This document shows positions 37,501-51,170 of a DNA stretch of 64,000 nucleotides, in pieces. The position numbers and the translations under genes were made by a program. The DNA comes from Lama guanicoe. Taxonomy: Eukaryota. Numbering within the stretch: position 1 is the first letter of the stretch; each line of letters begins with the position of its first letter. Where the stretch lies: the NCBI GenBank assembly GCA_013239625.1, contig MU053482.1:4415775-4479774 (forward strand), in the 5' to 3' direction. Under the pieces are notes generated by a model. That model was not told where the DNA came from. It saw nothing but the letters and a program-made list of their open reading frames with translations, and ran no database searches.

Positions 37501-39164
37501 TCTCTCCAGCATGTCAAAGCCAGAGAAGTTTTCAAACAACCACAGAAAAGACAGTGTTGGACGTGACCATAAAATCTGCAAGTGAGCAATATAAAAGATT
37601 ATGACAAATAAAGTTAGAGTTAGTTAATCATAAAACTGAACTTCAGTTCTCTCAACATTTAACTGAACATTTATGAGTATATTGCCCTAGGGAGAGAGTC
37701 CAAACTTATAAGCCTATTCTTGGAATTTAGCTGTGGAAATCAGGTCAAGATTCCATTTTTCCCCCAAAATGCCCAGAGGTCTTTAATGCCTCCCATAAGT
37801 CTGTTTTTCATTCTCCATCTTTTTCCCCCAAAACAGCACAGTCTCGGCCTATACCCTTCAGAGTCCTGACAGCTGGAGGGCTGGAGGTGTCACAGAGGAG
37901 AGTGAGAAGGAACTTTGCAGTGACGTGGACTGGGTAGCATCATCCCGAAGAAGGTACCAAGGGGGGCGGGGGGGAGCAGGGTTTCCATGGGTTATTGGTC
38001 ATAGCTCCATTTCATTGCATCATCCACACTTTCACCACTGCCTTCCCAGCACTCACAGGGCCACAAAGAACTAGTATTGCAAAGAATGGCCCTACTCTCT
38101 TTTCTACACTACTGTGTCTTAGATTCTGTCGAAGATTGTTATGCTTGATGAATATAGAACACATTTTAAATAAGGAAGCAACAAAACTCATTCAAATAGC
38201 CTATGATATCAAGAGGGGTGCCACGTCTCACAAGAGAGGAATTCCCAATTGACGCTAGATCGAGGTGTCTTAACCTTGGCATTATTGATATTCTGAGCCA
38301 GACAGTTCTTTGTGAAAATTACGAAGTGGAGTGGTCTGTATCCCTCCATCCCAAACCCCTTTGTTTGGCTAACTCCTACTCACCCTTTAGGCTTCTGCTT
38401 AAATATCACTTCCTCTGGGTGGTCTTCCCAGCTTTCCTGAAGTCTGGGTAACATATCCCCTCCAATGTGCTCTCAAGCACCCTGAACTTCCCCCGCTGAG
38501 CCCCACACTGTAATGGTCTGTTTACTCACATGATTCGGCAGAGAATGTACATGATGCTCTGATCCACAGTCTATCCTGTTTGTTGCTTTCCCAGTCTAAG
38601 CCCTCATTCATTGGTTTTGCCACCCTATAGCATCTTTGCCAAACTGTCATCAAGCCTCTACGTTCACACCTTTGGTAAAGGAGAACTCACTACTTTTCAA
38701 GACCTCCAAAACTGTGTCCTAATAGTAACCCCGAGGTTTTCCTTTTAATCTCTTCTTGACCCCAGCTTTACTCCTAGGGGCCACCACTTTCAGAACGACA
38801 GGTAGATGTAAGCAACTTAGAATTGTTTAATAATTTCAACCCAAGCTGACCTTTGCCAACCATCCGATCTCTTTCAAGCTCATATCTCCTTGGCCAGTCA
38901 GCTGTGCATATTCAGGGAACACAGACCCTTGCTTTCTGAATAAGAGATGTGTGATGGGAAAGGCAAACCCCAGGAGGACAAATAATCTCTTCCAGGCCCA
39001 CCTAGCAGGGAGCAGAGTATCAATTATGCAACATTTGCAGTCAGAAGCCCCTCTGCTCCTGCCTGGGTTTTATGAATGGTCTTGCGATACAGGTAGAAGC
39101 AAACTCTGCATATACCTTTGAGAAATCCAAAGGTGTGTACCAAGCCTCAAACCTGGTCATTTGC

Positions 39165-39525
39165 TCAATGCAGATGAATGTTTTTATCCTCCCAAAATTC
39201 ATATGTTGAAGCCCCAATCCCCAACATGATGGTCTTTGTAAATGTGGCCTTTGGAGGTAATTGGGGTTAGAGTCATGAGGGTGGTGCCCTCATCACGGAA
39301 AGAGTGTCCTTATAAGAAGAGAAAGAGGAAAACTATCTCCATATGCACAGAGGAAAGGCCAGGTGAGGACATGGTGAGAAGGTGACCATCTCCAAGCCAA
39401 GAAGAGAACTCTTACCAAGAAAATTGATCATGGACTTCCCAGCCTCCAGAACTGTGAGAAATAAATGTCTGCTAAATCACTCCATCGATGGTATTTGTTA
39501 TGGCAGCCTGAGCAGGACTAAGACA
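39165..39525 (+). mobile_element. MaLR solo LTR (MLT1A-like)
   Basis: CCCAAAATTCATATGTTGAAGCCCCAATCCCCAA...CAGCCTCCAGAACTGTGAGAAATAAATGTCTG...GACTAAGACA. Confidence 0.9.
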
Positions 39526-39944
39526 GCAGGGAACCCAGAAAGATGTTCACGCATATAAAGCAGCGAAGTCACTGAGTCAGCCTTCTCATCTCAAGGCTCA
39601 CCTTGCTCAGGTTACCGTCAGCCCACCTGCATAACCCAGGTTGCTCAAGTAAGTACATTTCTCTTTCCGAAGGATGGTTCCCCTGGTACCATGCCAGGCT
39701 CTTTGCTTTCCCTAAGGCCAACTTCATACCTTCCAGCACCCTGCACCCCAGACATCCCCACCATCTCTCAGAAGGGGGCACTTATGTGTGCATCTGGCCA
39801 GCAGCACCCTTATTACTTCAGATGCAACCTCAGGGTTTCACTAAAGAAAGTGTTATCTTCCCCAGGGAGGGAAGGAAGGAAGGATGAAAGGAGAAAACTT
39901 TACCTTCTGTGACCTACCCACCCCTCTTTACCCACCCCCCAAGG

Positions 39945-40175
39945 CTGAATTAGTTTCCCCTTCCCTATAGTCCCATGGCTCATGTGCTTGCCCCTAATCT
40001 AAACAACACATCACAAACTTCAATATCTCTTTTTTAATCTGCTCATGTCTCCACTTCATCCCTAAACCAGAACAATGGTTAGCCTTTAATTGTAGCCTTC
40101 CTGCTCAGTGCAGAGCCTGGCACATAGTAGGTGCTCAATATATGCTTTTGGAATGAATGAATGAATGAATGAGTG
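39945..40175 (+). mobile_element. L2 3' end
   Basis: GCCTGGCACATAGTAGGTGCTCAATATATG...(GAAT)n tail. Confidence 0.85.
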
Positions 40176-40327
40176 GCCTGTGATGATTGAGATAACGAAT
40201 AATCTCACCCTTATGACAATTCCCGCACCCTGCATGTAGACTACAATCTGGTTAACACTATATTAACATCTCTTGTATGTCCCCTTCCAAATCACAGTAA
40301 GTTTCCAAATCGGCACACTGTGGCCTG

Positions 40328-40498
40328 AGATTGCTCTGTCCAATATGATGACTGCTAGCCACATGCGGCATTTAAGTTACATTAAAATTGAGTTAAACAT
40401 TTATTTCCTCAGTCACACTAGCCACTAATGGTTATCATATTAGACAGTGCAGATGTTGAACATTTCTACCATCACAGAAAGTTTTATTAGACAGTCTG
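40328..40498. mobile_element. MER3-like hAT-Charlie element
   Basis: CTGTCCAATATG...CTAGCCACATG...GAACATTTCTACCATCACAGAAAGTTTTATTAGACAG. Confidence 0.8.
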
Positions 40499-41466
40499 GG
40501 TCAAGGATAAGGTATATGAATTAGGAACACAAAGAAGAGAATGCTTACACTTTTGCCATCAGGGAGATCAAAAATCTAATCTCGTTGATTCTAGCTCATC
40601 AGAAATAAGCCAAGCATTTCTGTCCTACTCATGGTTCTGAATATTCATTTTTGTGTGTAGATGTAAATTATTTCTCTGTTACGAAAAAGTAAACAACCAT
40701 TTTAAGATTTCTTGCTCCTTAAAATTATCTCTTTCTTTTATAACTGCCATATGGCTCACTGATTTACAAGGGTGTTAAGAGACCTAATTAATGTTTGCTT
40801 GGAGCTTTGCCTGTCAAGGTTGTTATTAGAGGATCCATGGAGGTTCTGCTGCAAACAAAAAGTTTGGTGCAAAACCCTAGCTTACTCAAATGTAGGCACG
40901 CACAATGAGGAGAGTTCTTTAGTCCGATTTCATTTATCACTTGCCTGTATCAACTATTTATTGAGCACATACCATGTGTTTGGAAGTGAATAGCAGAAAG
41001 AAAATATGGTTACTGCTGGAGACTTATCATTATTTCCTAGTAACAGAATCCCTGGCATCCATCAAAATTGCTGTCACTGAGAGTGAAGCTACAGGGAGAT
41101 GAGATGGAGATACGGAGAGTACTGGCTGGAGGCTCAGGCTGTCCCTGCCTAGACAGGGTCATTATAACACTGGTTGTTAGCTGTGTGAGTCCTGAACTGA
41201 ATTATGCCCCTATACCCAAAGGGAATGGATAATCATCATCATCATTGTTATCATAATGATAATCACTAACACTTAGGTAGCATACTATGTGCCAACCACT
41301 GCTGTAAGCCATAAGTCATATACATATATGACTTATTAATCAATTACTTGCCAAATATGATATCATTTTCCAGTGACCTAACACCAGTATTTGCATCTGT
41401 TCCAGAATTACGGTACCTTGGAAACCTACTTTAGAAATCTAGAGATTGCCTGCAGGGCACTGACTG

Positions 41467-41972
41467 CTGTAGCAGACATCCACGGGATATCCAGTACCCC
41501 CACCTCACCCCACACAAGTTACATAGTTCCTAGAGCAGCTGCTGAGTTCTTGAATTAACTCCACCTTCTAGACAGACTTGACTGGTCTTGGGTGGACCCT
41601 GGACCCAAATAAGCCATAAGCCTCCTCCCCAGGATATGTGACCTGGGACAGGAGGAAGGACAGTGAGTCCCTCTCCAGTGGTGGAGGCTAGAAGGTAAAA
41701 CTCAGAAACTATAGGTAGCCATTTTCACTACCATTTGGAAAAAGTGTGTAAGAAGAGAGGCAGAAGTTGGCACATGGCAGAGGCAAGGAAATCCTAGCCA
41801 TGTTCAAGCTCCCCATCCCTTGGTGTCCTGAGTCCATCCTCATCTCTGATCCTCCTATCAGTGAACAATGTTCATCTCTCCCATTGCTTCCAAGCCAATA
41901 AATTCCCCTTTTGACTACAGGGTACTTGAGTTGAATTTCTTTCACTTGCAACCAAAAAAGTTCTAATTAACA
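41467..41972 (+). mobile_element. Old MaLR LTR (MLT1J/K-like)
   Basis: Ends AGCCAATAAATTCCCCTTTT...TTTCACTTGCAACCAAAAAAGTTCTAATTAACA. Confidence 0.7.
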
Positions 41973-42089
41973 GAGTTGCCATCAGAACAGGGTCCAAGTT
42001 CCTGAGCACAGAGCAAAGGCCCTCCCCATCCTGGGCCCCGCCTTCCTCCCAGTCACCCTGCCATTCTCCCTCTCTCAGTGCCCGGCACA

Positions 42090-42265
42090 TACCATGCTCG
42101 CTCTCCCTCCAGGACCCTCCTGCCCCACTCTCCGTGCTCTCTCCTCTGCTAAAGGCTCCATGGTGACAGGGGCTGTGTCTGCTCTGTCCACTTCTCTATT
42201 CCCACGGACTAGCAAAGTGTCTGCCATACAGTTGGTATCCAATAAATATTTATGGAATGTATTTG
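42090..42265 (+). mobile_element. L2 3' end
   Basis: GGCTCCATGGTGACAGGGGCTGTGTCTG...AATAAATATTTATGGAATG. Confidence 0.7.
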
Positions 42266-43895
42266 TGAGTCAGTACATCAGCAGGAACTGAATGGTTCTG
42301 GAGAAATTTCCACCCAACCACTGTGAGCCCCTATGAAATATTCTGACCGACAACAAGAGGGCTTCTTTAGGTCAAGAATACTCTGCCTGATTTTCAGACC
42401 CTCTTCCCTAGATGATGCTGGGCACTCAGTGACAAATCTGGCCCTAAGGGACTCCCCCTGCAAGCTCATTGCAGACCAGCTTTCTCTATCAGCAAATCTT
42501 CAAGCATCGAGCCGTCATTAGGTTCCAGCTGCAGCCAAGGTAATGCACATAAAGATGTGAGATTCTCCAGTTCGACGAGGCTCAATAGACTTGGTACTCC
42601 TAAACTCCTTTTTAATAACCGCCTTTCACTAACTGCCCGTTTTATGATCTCTCAGGATATTTCTAGAGAGCATTGGTCTCATTCTATGACATTTTTTTCT
42701 TCTGCCTAATTTCACTCATAGAAGATAATCTTGACTTGAAACTCTGGAGTTTCCATGCCTGTTGTCACTCATCATTGGAATCCCCATCATTGAAATAACT
42801 ACACCAGCAGCAGCAGTGATTGCCACAGTGACGGCGGTGGGGCCAGAACCACCCACGACCCTACCACCATGGCAGCAGCAGCAACAGCAAACTCAAGATG
42901 GGGTAGAGAATAACAGTTCATTGAGATCTTTTTCCCCCTCTCCATCAGTGAAACCCATGCAGACCTCTTTTGTCAACTCCCCTCCTCTTTATGCCCTGCC
43001 CTGCCCTCTCTTCACTTCCCTGTGCTCTCAAGTTCACTGCTCAGGTGGCATTGGAGGCGTTTGGGGATCAGACGAGAGGAAGGAGAGGTTGCAAGAGAAA
43101 GTGCTCAAATCTGTCCTTTCTCCTGCACTCAAGTGTTGTCCTTCCCCAGGTCCCAACACCTCTCCTGCTGGCCCCCCAAAACCCTCCTTAAGCAGGTTGG
43201 CACCTGGCTTCTGGCTTCCCTGGCCCCAGCCCAACCCCCAGTGCCCTGCTTTGATGGCAGATTCCCGGGCTTTGCAGCTGACAGTTTGGAGCCCTTGGCT
43301 GGCAGCCAGGGTGCATCGCTTCTCATTACTTCGCTCACTGCAATTCATTTCCCTGTGATTGGAGACAATTAGGATGCCAACAAACGGCCGGCCCAACCCT
43401 GTTTGGCAGTTACATAACCACAAACATGTGTGCACTGCCCCATTGGAAGCAAGGGAGCTGCTAATGAGGAGGGTTAATTACAAAGTGTGGGTCAGCCCAG
43501 CATGGCCCCTCACCGCATTTCACCCACTGCTGGAGAGAGGCCAGCCACTGAAGCTTTGGCTGCAAGGACCAAAATAACTGAACAGTGGCCCTTTTGAGGA
43601 GAAATTGCTGAGCCCTGTTTAAGGGGGCAGAAAGGGGTTGGAAGGGGCACAGCTCTCTAAGAGGCCCTGGCCCTGAGAACATTGTGACATAATCTCCAAA
43701 GGTTATTTCAATAGCGGAAGAATCACGGGCTCTGGGCCCCTTGGCCTGCTTGCTATTCTCTTCCTCCTTATGTCCCCCGGAAGGACTCATAGCTTTGAGT
43801 TCCTGCTTCTGTCTCCTGCTTCAAGACACTGAAACATTTTTTTTAATTTTTAAATTAAAAATAAAAATTAAAAACCTGAAAATTAATTAATTAAT

Positions 43896-44002
43896 AAGAA
43901 AGAGAGAAAGAGAAAGAAAGAAAAAGAAAGGGAAGGGAGGAAGGGAGGGAGAAAGAAAAAGAGAAAGAGAAAGAAAGAGAGAAAGAGAAAGGAAGGAAGG
44001 AA

Positions 44003-44072
<70 letters not shown>

Positions 44073-44083
44073 AAAAAGAAAGA
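43896..44083. repeat. Compound (GAAA)n/(GGAA)n polypurine tract
   Basis: 188 consecutive purines on the + strand. Confidence 0.97.
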
Positions 44084-45429
44084 CAGACAGACACTGAAAT
44101 ATATCCGAGGGATGACTTGAAAGTTGTTCAATTCTCCCACACCTCGTAATGACTGTGCCCTAATGAACCACTAACCAGCCATACTGAGTATCCTGGAGTC
44201 AAAAATGTAGGGGACTGTCCATCCAACACCACTTGTGGACTTTTAGCCAGATCTTTTCCAACCAGCCATCTCTGTGCTAGCTTAGTTTTCCCTTTCACAC
44301 CTTGCTATAAAAACCCGGACAAGAGCAGCTTCTTCGATACCTTACTTCTCCCTCTTCAAGCTGCCACAAGGTGAGCTGAGCATCACTTTTGACATCACAA
44401 ATGGAAGACAAGTTCCAACATCTGCAGTTGAAAGAATTAAGAGAAAAACTTTGCTCTGAGCATGAGATGAGTTGGGCATGTGGCTCAGAGGTAAGGCTGT
44501 ACATAGTGTGCATTGACTGGAAGTGTGGGAGAAGCCCACTTTGCAACGGGGAGCAGTCCTGATGGTTGCAGGAATCTGCCAGACCTTTGTTTCTACTTCC
44601 ATTACTCAGGAGTTCCATGTGATAGTCCGAGTCTTCTTCTCCAGTTCATTTTTGTCCATTCCCACCTCACACATGGACAAGATGAGACTTGTCCCTGCAC
44701 AACTTCTCTCTTCTCCTCCAAAACTATTCCATCCTCCAATGTGTTTACTATACTTTTGATCGAAGAATAACATACCAATAAATGTTTTCAGATTTATTAT
44801 CATAACACTGTCTATTTTCATCAAATGCCAAGATATATGCTTTTCTAAAACACTATAAATTTTATCTAATAGCAGGAATTTGATAGTCCCACCAAATTCC
44901 CCTTTGGCTTCTTATTTTCAGTTTACAATACGGACTTAGTCCTTTCTCTCACAAGGATGTGACCTCTGGCCTTGTAGTAAGAAAATTATTTATGTACTCC
45001 AGTTATCTATGACTCAAACCCTTCTAATCGTGAGACATTCAATCAGTTTGAAAGGGTAAGGATCAAATAGTGTGCCATGAAAAGCAGGGAGCAGCAGAGA
45101 ATGAGGTCAATGGGGTAAATGGAGGTCAAATAACAAAGGCTAAAAACTGTATGCCCCCTTTCTTGCAGACGAGAAGCAATACTAACTTTTTTTTTTTTTG
45201 GACAAATGATGACACTATTCAGATGCGCACTGCCACAGGCCTGCCCAGATTTACACACAATTCCCGGACTACTAGCTATAAATCCCCCCTTCTACTCCCC
45301 ATCAAGGAGTTCCTCACCATGCAAGTGATTTAGGATAATGCTATTGTGGAAATAAACACGCATCCACTAAAATATTCAAACAGATAAATCATTCACAATC
45401 TTCAGGACTTTAACTCTTATTACTAACAA

Positions 45430-45845
45430 GCTTCTGACAACAGGCAGAGATTTTCATCTGTTCTGTTTACTGATGCCCTCCCCAAACACTGACATCAGTA
45501 ACTGACACATAGGAGATGTTCAAGAAATATTTGTTGAATGGCTGGTTGGATGAATCTGTCTTACAACCGATGTGACAACCCAATGTGTTATGACACCAGA
45601 GGCTGAGAACCACTGTGGCTAGAAAGCACACTGCCATGGAAGGCTTTTAAGTAAAGAGTTGACAGGACCATATGCATGTTTCTGAGAGATCACTCTGCCT
45701 GCTGTGTGAAGGATGGAGAGGAGAGGAAGACCGTTAGGAGGCTGATGCAGTGATGCACGTAGAAAATGATGAATTCCTGAACCATGACAGTGGGGATGGG
45801 GCTGAATAGGAAGGAGGGGATTCAAGAAATATTTACTAGAACTAA
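45430..45845. mobile_element. L2 fragments (sense 3' end, then antisense internal piece)
   Basis: GACACATAGGAGATGTTCAAGAAATATTTGTTGAATG; GAGATCACTCTGCCTGCTGTGTGAAGGATGGA. Confidence 0.75.
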
Positions 45846-47689
45846 ACAAAACTTAGTCAAAGAATCTCTCTCCCCTTCTGTGTCTTTCAACAGGATCAAT
45901 TTTATAGCCCAGAGATGAGGACCAGGAAGGCTTCTTATACTGAAATCATAGTGACAACGCCCAACTGCCATTAAATGCAGGCAGAGAAGGAAGTCACCTC
46001 CGTGTCATAATGTCCGGAGCACATGAGGAGCTGCACTCCAAAAACATCTATGCCACTCACCGCCTGAAATTATACTGTTAGAGCAACATTCTTTGGTTTT
46101 AATCCTTGCCTCTCCAGATGACTTTTAAAAAGTTAACATACTTGAGGTGGGGGGAGGAAAATTTACTGAGTGCAAACACCATGTAAGGTACTCTGCCTAC
46201 TTTTAGTGAATTCTCCCCGGGACCTTGTGATTTTAGTGCTGTTAAGGGGAACTGAAGCTCAGAGAGACACACAGGAAATAAGTGCTGAAGCTGGGATTTG
46301 AACCCACGTCCTTGTCATTTCTCTTCTTGGCTGAATCCTGAATACTGTCATGATTGTTGTTACTACCACTATTTCTAGCCTGTTCCTTTTACAAATATGA
46401 GAGTAATGGGATTAAGGGAAGAGGAAGTGGTAGAGCCTCTCACAGGTGTGTATGATGCAGACAAGACAGAATAAGTTCATAGATAATAAACATGTTATAC
46501 TTCACAACTTTCCCATACATTACACTTCAGTGCAGGTCTGTATCGGGAAGTATTCAGAAACTACCAGGACCAGACACACTAGTGTGGTCCAGGATCCTGA
46601 ACACTCTCATTCTTAGGAGCAATGAGTTATCAAATCACAGCCAAATCTTTCATCGGATGATCCCTATGGTCTTAAAATAATATAATTAATAATAATAAAA
46701 CCAGACCAGGGAGCTGAAAATGGAGACAAGGAAGAGTAACTTCCTCCATATTTACCAGAATAATAGAAAGGAACTAGCTGACCCTGACCCTACCAGGAAT
46801 ACTCCCCACATTTAGGAATTTACTTTTCTTTTGCAGATCTTCTCATTTTATTAATTCTATCTTGTTACTCTCCTCCAGAACTCAGTATTCTTCTACACCT
46901 GGGCAGACTTCTAGTCCCACTTCAGAGATCCCAGAGTTTTGTTTTTTTCCTATTTTTTCACCTGGACATGTCTAACAGAGCCAGGTTGTAATCTCACACT
47001 TCACCAGTAGGGGCTGCCAACTATGTTGACATAATGTTGTCAAACCTAGAATAAGTTAATTTCAGTTTACTGACATGAAGATGTATCCCAACTTAATGGT
47101 TCTTAAGCCTGAAATCTGGCTTGAGTTCACTATACCAAGGCATACAATGGGAAGGAAGGAGATGGGATGCTAAGCAGAGAGGAGGAAGGGCCAAGGTCAG
47201 AAAGTGGAGACAGAATAGGCAGGACCAGAACTGCACACCCTGAGTCAGAGCAGAATGAGAGCTGGGTCAGAGCCAAACAACAGATGAAGGGTTAGTAAGA
47301 GACCAAGGTGTATCAGACACTCAGCTGATTAGATCTGTCCGCTTTCTCAGAACTGATCAGATTCAAGAGCTCTAATTCATGCCAACCAAACTTACAAGAC
47401 ACTGATTGATAAACCAGATGCTAAGTCATTAGTTTTCAGAGAAAAATGAAAATGATAATTTGTCTGGAACCCAGAACGTCCTCTGAACAGTGCTAGAGAT
47501 AAGCTAACAGTATCTCAGTCTCTGGCTCTCAACTTTTTTAGATCCTTTAAAATGCTTCCCTCTGTGAGCAATACTATACAGATGCTACATGCTGGTATAG
47601 CTGGCTAGGTTAATGCTCTTTCTAGCCATCACATCCTAGAAAAACCTTCCTGAGACTACTCTGAATTCTCATAGCAGTTATGTCCATCC

Positions 47690-48610
47690 TTTCTTTCTTT
47701 CATTTAATTAATACTTACCGATGCCTGCTACATGCCCAGCAATGTGCTAGCAGCTGTGGATATAACTGGCCAGTAAGAGGTGTGGCCTCAGTGCTTGTGA
47801 AACTTACATTAGTACAGGGAGACAGACTATCAACAGGGATACCAATAAAATCACCACAGAGTGCGTGAAGGGTGTGAAGGATAAGACGCTGCAGGAAAGG
47901 ATAACGGAGAGCCACCCAAGATAGGCTGTAAATGTGACTTTTAACCGGAGACCTGAAGAAGCCAATTTTACAAAGAAAGATGGAAACAACAAGGTTCTAC
48001 GGTACAGCATGAGGAACTATATTCAATAGCTTATAATAACCTATAATGAAAAAGAATATGAAAAGGAATATGTATATATGTTGAATCACTATGCTGTGCA
48101 CCAGAAACTAACACAACATTGTGAATCAACTGTATTTCAAAAAAAAGATGGGTAGGGGCTGGGGTTCCAGGCAGGGGTAAGGCATGAGCAAAGCCTCTGA
48201 GCTGAGGCAGGATTTGGTGTGAAAGATGATCAGTGTTGTTCGAGTGCAATGAGCAAGCGGGGAGAGTTGTGTGAGACAAAACTGGAGAGACACTCGGGGA
48301 CAGACAATGCAGAGCTTCATGTGCCCTGATAAGTAGTTTGTTTGGGTTTTATTTGAAGTGAAATGGGAGACATGGAAGAATTCTGAAAAGTAGGGTGATG
48401 TGATGGGAGCTGAGTGTTTGAAAGATTGCCCTGGCTGCCTTGTGGAGAATGCATTTTGGCTTTGGAGAGGGTGGTGTCAGTCTGGATGAAGGGAGGTAAC
48501 CTAAACAGAGACAGTTGGGAAGGAGAATTGACAGACTTACTGATGGGTTGGATGTAGAGGAGGGAAAAAAGACAAAAATGACTCCTAGGTCTGCAGTTGA
48601 TGGTGGGACC
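47690..48610 (-). mobile_element. L2 fragment interrupted by a short L1
   Basis: TTCATTTAATTAATACTTACCGATGCCTGCTACATGCC...GAAAGATTGCCCTGGCTGCCTTGTGGAGAATG. Confidence 0.8.
47984..48143 (+). mobile_element. Short L1 3' end
   Basis: AACCTATAATGAAAAAGAATATGAAAAGGAATATG...ACACAACATTGTGAATCAACT; TSD AAAGATGG at 47976-47983 and 48144-48151. Confidence 0.9.
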
Positions 48611-49523
48611 TAAGAGAAAGACAAATTATTTTCTAGGAAATGTTTCTTCTACCGGGGTCAATACTTCATGTTCTCAAAATTCTGGAGGGAAGCCTCTGTG
48701 TATTGCTAGAGATTCTCCCCAAAGAACTTCTGGACCTGTTAAAAATAACTGAAAGAGCCCATACTTAGTAGGTGGCAATCATTATCTTCCTAAAGAGACA
48801 TCAGCTCAAACAACAGTGTGAAGGACCAACTCGCTCCCATTTTAACCTCCTTAGTATGGTGGAACAACACAGCACATTTTCTAATTTACCATCTCAATTA
48901 AATCATAATATTAAGGTCACTATTTAGACACTCACATATCACATTATTAAGTCCTACCCACTTATCATTATTATCACTGCTGTTATTAAAACTTGATAGG
49001 TGTCTCTGGAGACCTTTTGAATGAACAGCAAATTCAGAGGAAATTAAACCTTATTTTTTGAAAACAAATTTTGCCATTTAAGGACTAGAATTGGATACAA
49101 TAACCATAAAGAATTCTTTTCAGTTGTTTTTTTTTTAATTTAACCACCATTTGTTGATTGCCTCCTGTGTTCCGAACACTATCAGACCTTCACAGTTGCT
49201 CCCTGAGTGGGTATCATTCTCACTTGAAGTTTGAAAACACTGAGGCCCACAGAGGACGTGACTGGGCCCAAGGCAGGAGCAGTGATTGCCGCTAGGGTAC
49301 CCTGGACACAACAGTCATGCTCTGTTTTTCACTATGCTCTTCTGAACGTGCTTCTAGTTATGATTTCCTTGGGGTTATCAGCAACCTCATGCATAAATGA
49401 CATCTTTATAGGCATCAAGGAAAAAGAAGCCATGTGCCAGGGAGAGCAAACACAGTGCCTACTGGACCCGGGCAGATGCTGCTAACTAGTGAACAGGCCT
49501 GATAGAAGGAAACATGGGGAGTC

Positions 49524-49775
49524 ACAGGGACTGGCAAACTAGGGCCCATACACCCATCCCTACATGACTGCTGCTGCTGGGAGTGTGGCCCATGCGGCCA
49601 GACCTTCTGAGCAAGAGATCCAGATTTCCATGTGAGCTCTCGCTCTCAAGTTGTAAAAGTTTGCAACAAAACGCAAGTATTCTTAAAGATACTGTGTGTG
49701 CCAACACCAAACAAGCCTAATAAAATGGGCATGTGGACAGAATCCAGCCTGCAAGTTGCCAATTTCTGACTCTAC
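49524..49775. mobile_element. MER103-like hAT element
   Basis: CAGGGACTGGCAAACTAGGGCCC...CCAGATTTCCATGTGA...CCAGCCTGCAAGTTGCCAATTTCTGAC. Confidence 0.6.
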
Positions 49776-50696
49776 TGTTGAGACTGTTGAAGCATTATTT
49801 GTGATCTGGAAGAATTTTAAACAATCTTAATGTCCAGTGATGTGAGTTGGCTCAGATATCTGTGATGCAGCCAACTGACTGAATTTTTAAAGCCTTTCAT
49901 AGTCAGCAGTAGGAAGACCATCTAGCACACTAAAAAATTCTTAGGATAAACAGCAGGGTAGCACGATTCTGCTATGACATTAGATTTAAAATCAAACTAC
50001 AAAATGACACCCAGTCAAGTGTTTTATATCTTGAACTGGCAGGGGTGGGGAGCAGGGGATGGTTACAAAAGTGAACACATGTGAACAATCTTCCAGCTAT
50101 ACAGTTATGGGCACTTCACAGCATGAATGTCATACCTCAATAAAAAAATTAATGATGCCTGAGCTATGATTGCATTCTGTATCTTTTTGCATGAACAGAA
50201 ACAAGAATTTCAAGGAAGCATAGGCAAAGAAAACACTTTGATTGTGCTGGTTGTGGGAGAATGGAAGAATCTTTGCTCGTTCCTACATGTTGATTTCTAT
50301 CACTGATACTGTAATAGAGCATTTCTTTGGAGCAGGGGTGGGGAATCCTCGAAATATATTATCTAAGAAGAGTAAGAGTAGAACATAAACTGATTAAAAA
50401 TAAATACATCAGTAAGTAACAACCTTCCCCTTTCAATGCAAATTCAAAGCCCAAAAGAGAAATTCACTGTTTACTGTTTGATCTGGGTCCTTTTCCAGCC
50501 CTTCCCAACCAGACATATTGAGGGCACCAGCAGCTGCCTCAGCTCCAGCCCTCAGCGGGTCAGAAGAGAAAATGGGAGGCCCAGCCCTACAAGGTAACAA
50601 AGAGGCATGATGCTACCTGCCCACGGTCCCTTTTACTGGAAAGCCTCTAGCAAGCCAGAGGCATTGCTGTGCCCACTGAGCTTCCACTGCTCCCTC

Positions 50697-51170
50697 TGTA
50701 TCATTAAGGATGCTTTCTGCTGCAAGTAATAGAAAATGCAACCAAATGTCTTAACTACTGCAGAAAGTTCATTATTTCATGTGTCTAGAATTCCAGCTAG
50801 AGTGTGACTGAGAGGATCAAAACCAGCAACTCAGTGATGTCGGCAATGGCTCAGATTCTCTCCATATCTCTGCCTTTCTGTGGCTATTCCCTCCACCCTC
50901 CAACCACATGGCACTAGTAGTCACAGATACAAGTAGTCCGAAAGAACAGAGAGCAAGTTCTTTGTTCACATCCAGCAGAGGAGGGATGTTTCCCTCTGTG
51001 GTTCTCTATTTAAGAGGGAATTAATTTTCCCCCACAAATCCCTCAGTGGACTTCTCATGTCTCAGAATCAAATAGGACTGAGTCACATGACCATTTAAAA
51101 ATTAATCCCCAGAAAATAGGAGGATGAAATTACCATGAACAACTTGGACTAATCATCTGGACTGGGGCTG
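50697..51170 (-). mobile_element. Old MaLR LTR (MLT1K/L-like)
   Basis: TGTATCATTAAGGATGCTTTCTGCTGCAAGTAATAGAAAA...GGACTGAGTCACATGACCA. Confidence 0.7.

Noticed and set aside
42762..43358. 198-aa ORF with short polyQ/polyA runs
   Set aside because: Non-ATG start, low complexity, no recognisable homology or convincing splice boundaries.
43883..44140. Phe/Leu/Ser-rich ORFs (also 55745-56047 and 58842-59378)
   Set aside because: Translations of GA-rich repeats or antisense L1 tails.
47004..47014. CTCF-like CCAGTAGGGGC
   Set aside because: One base short of the CCASYAGRKGGC core.
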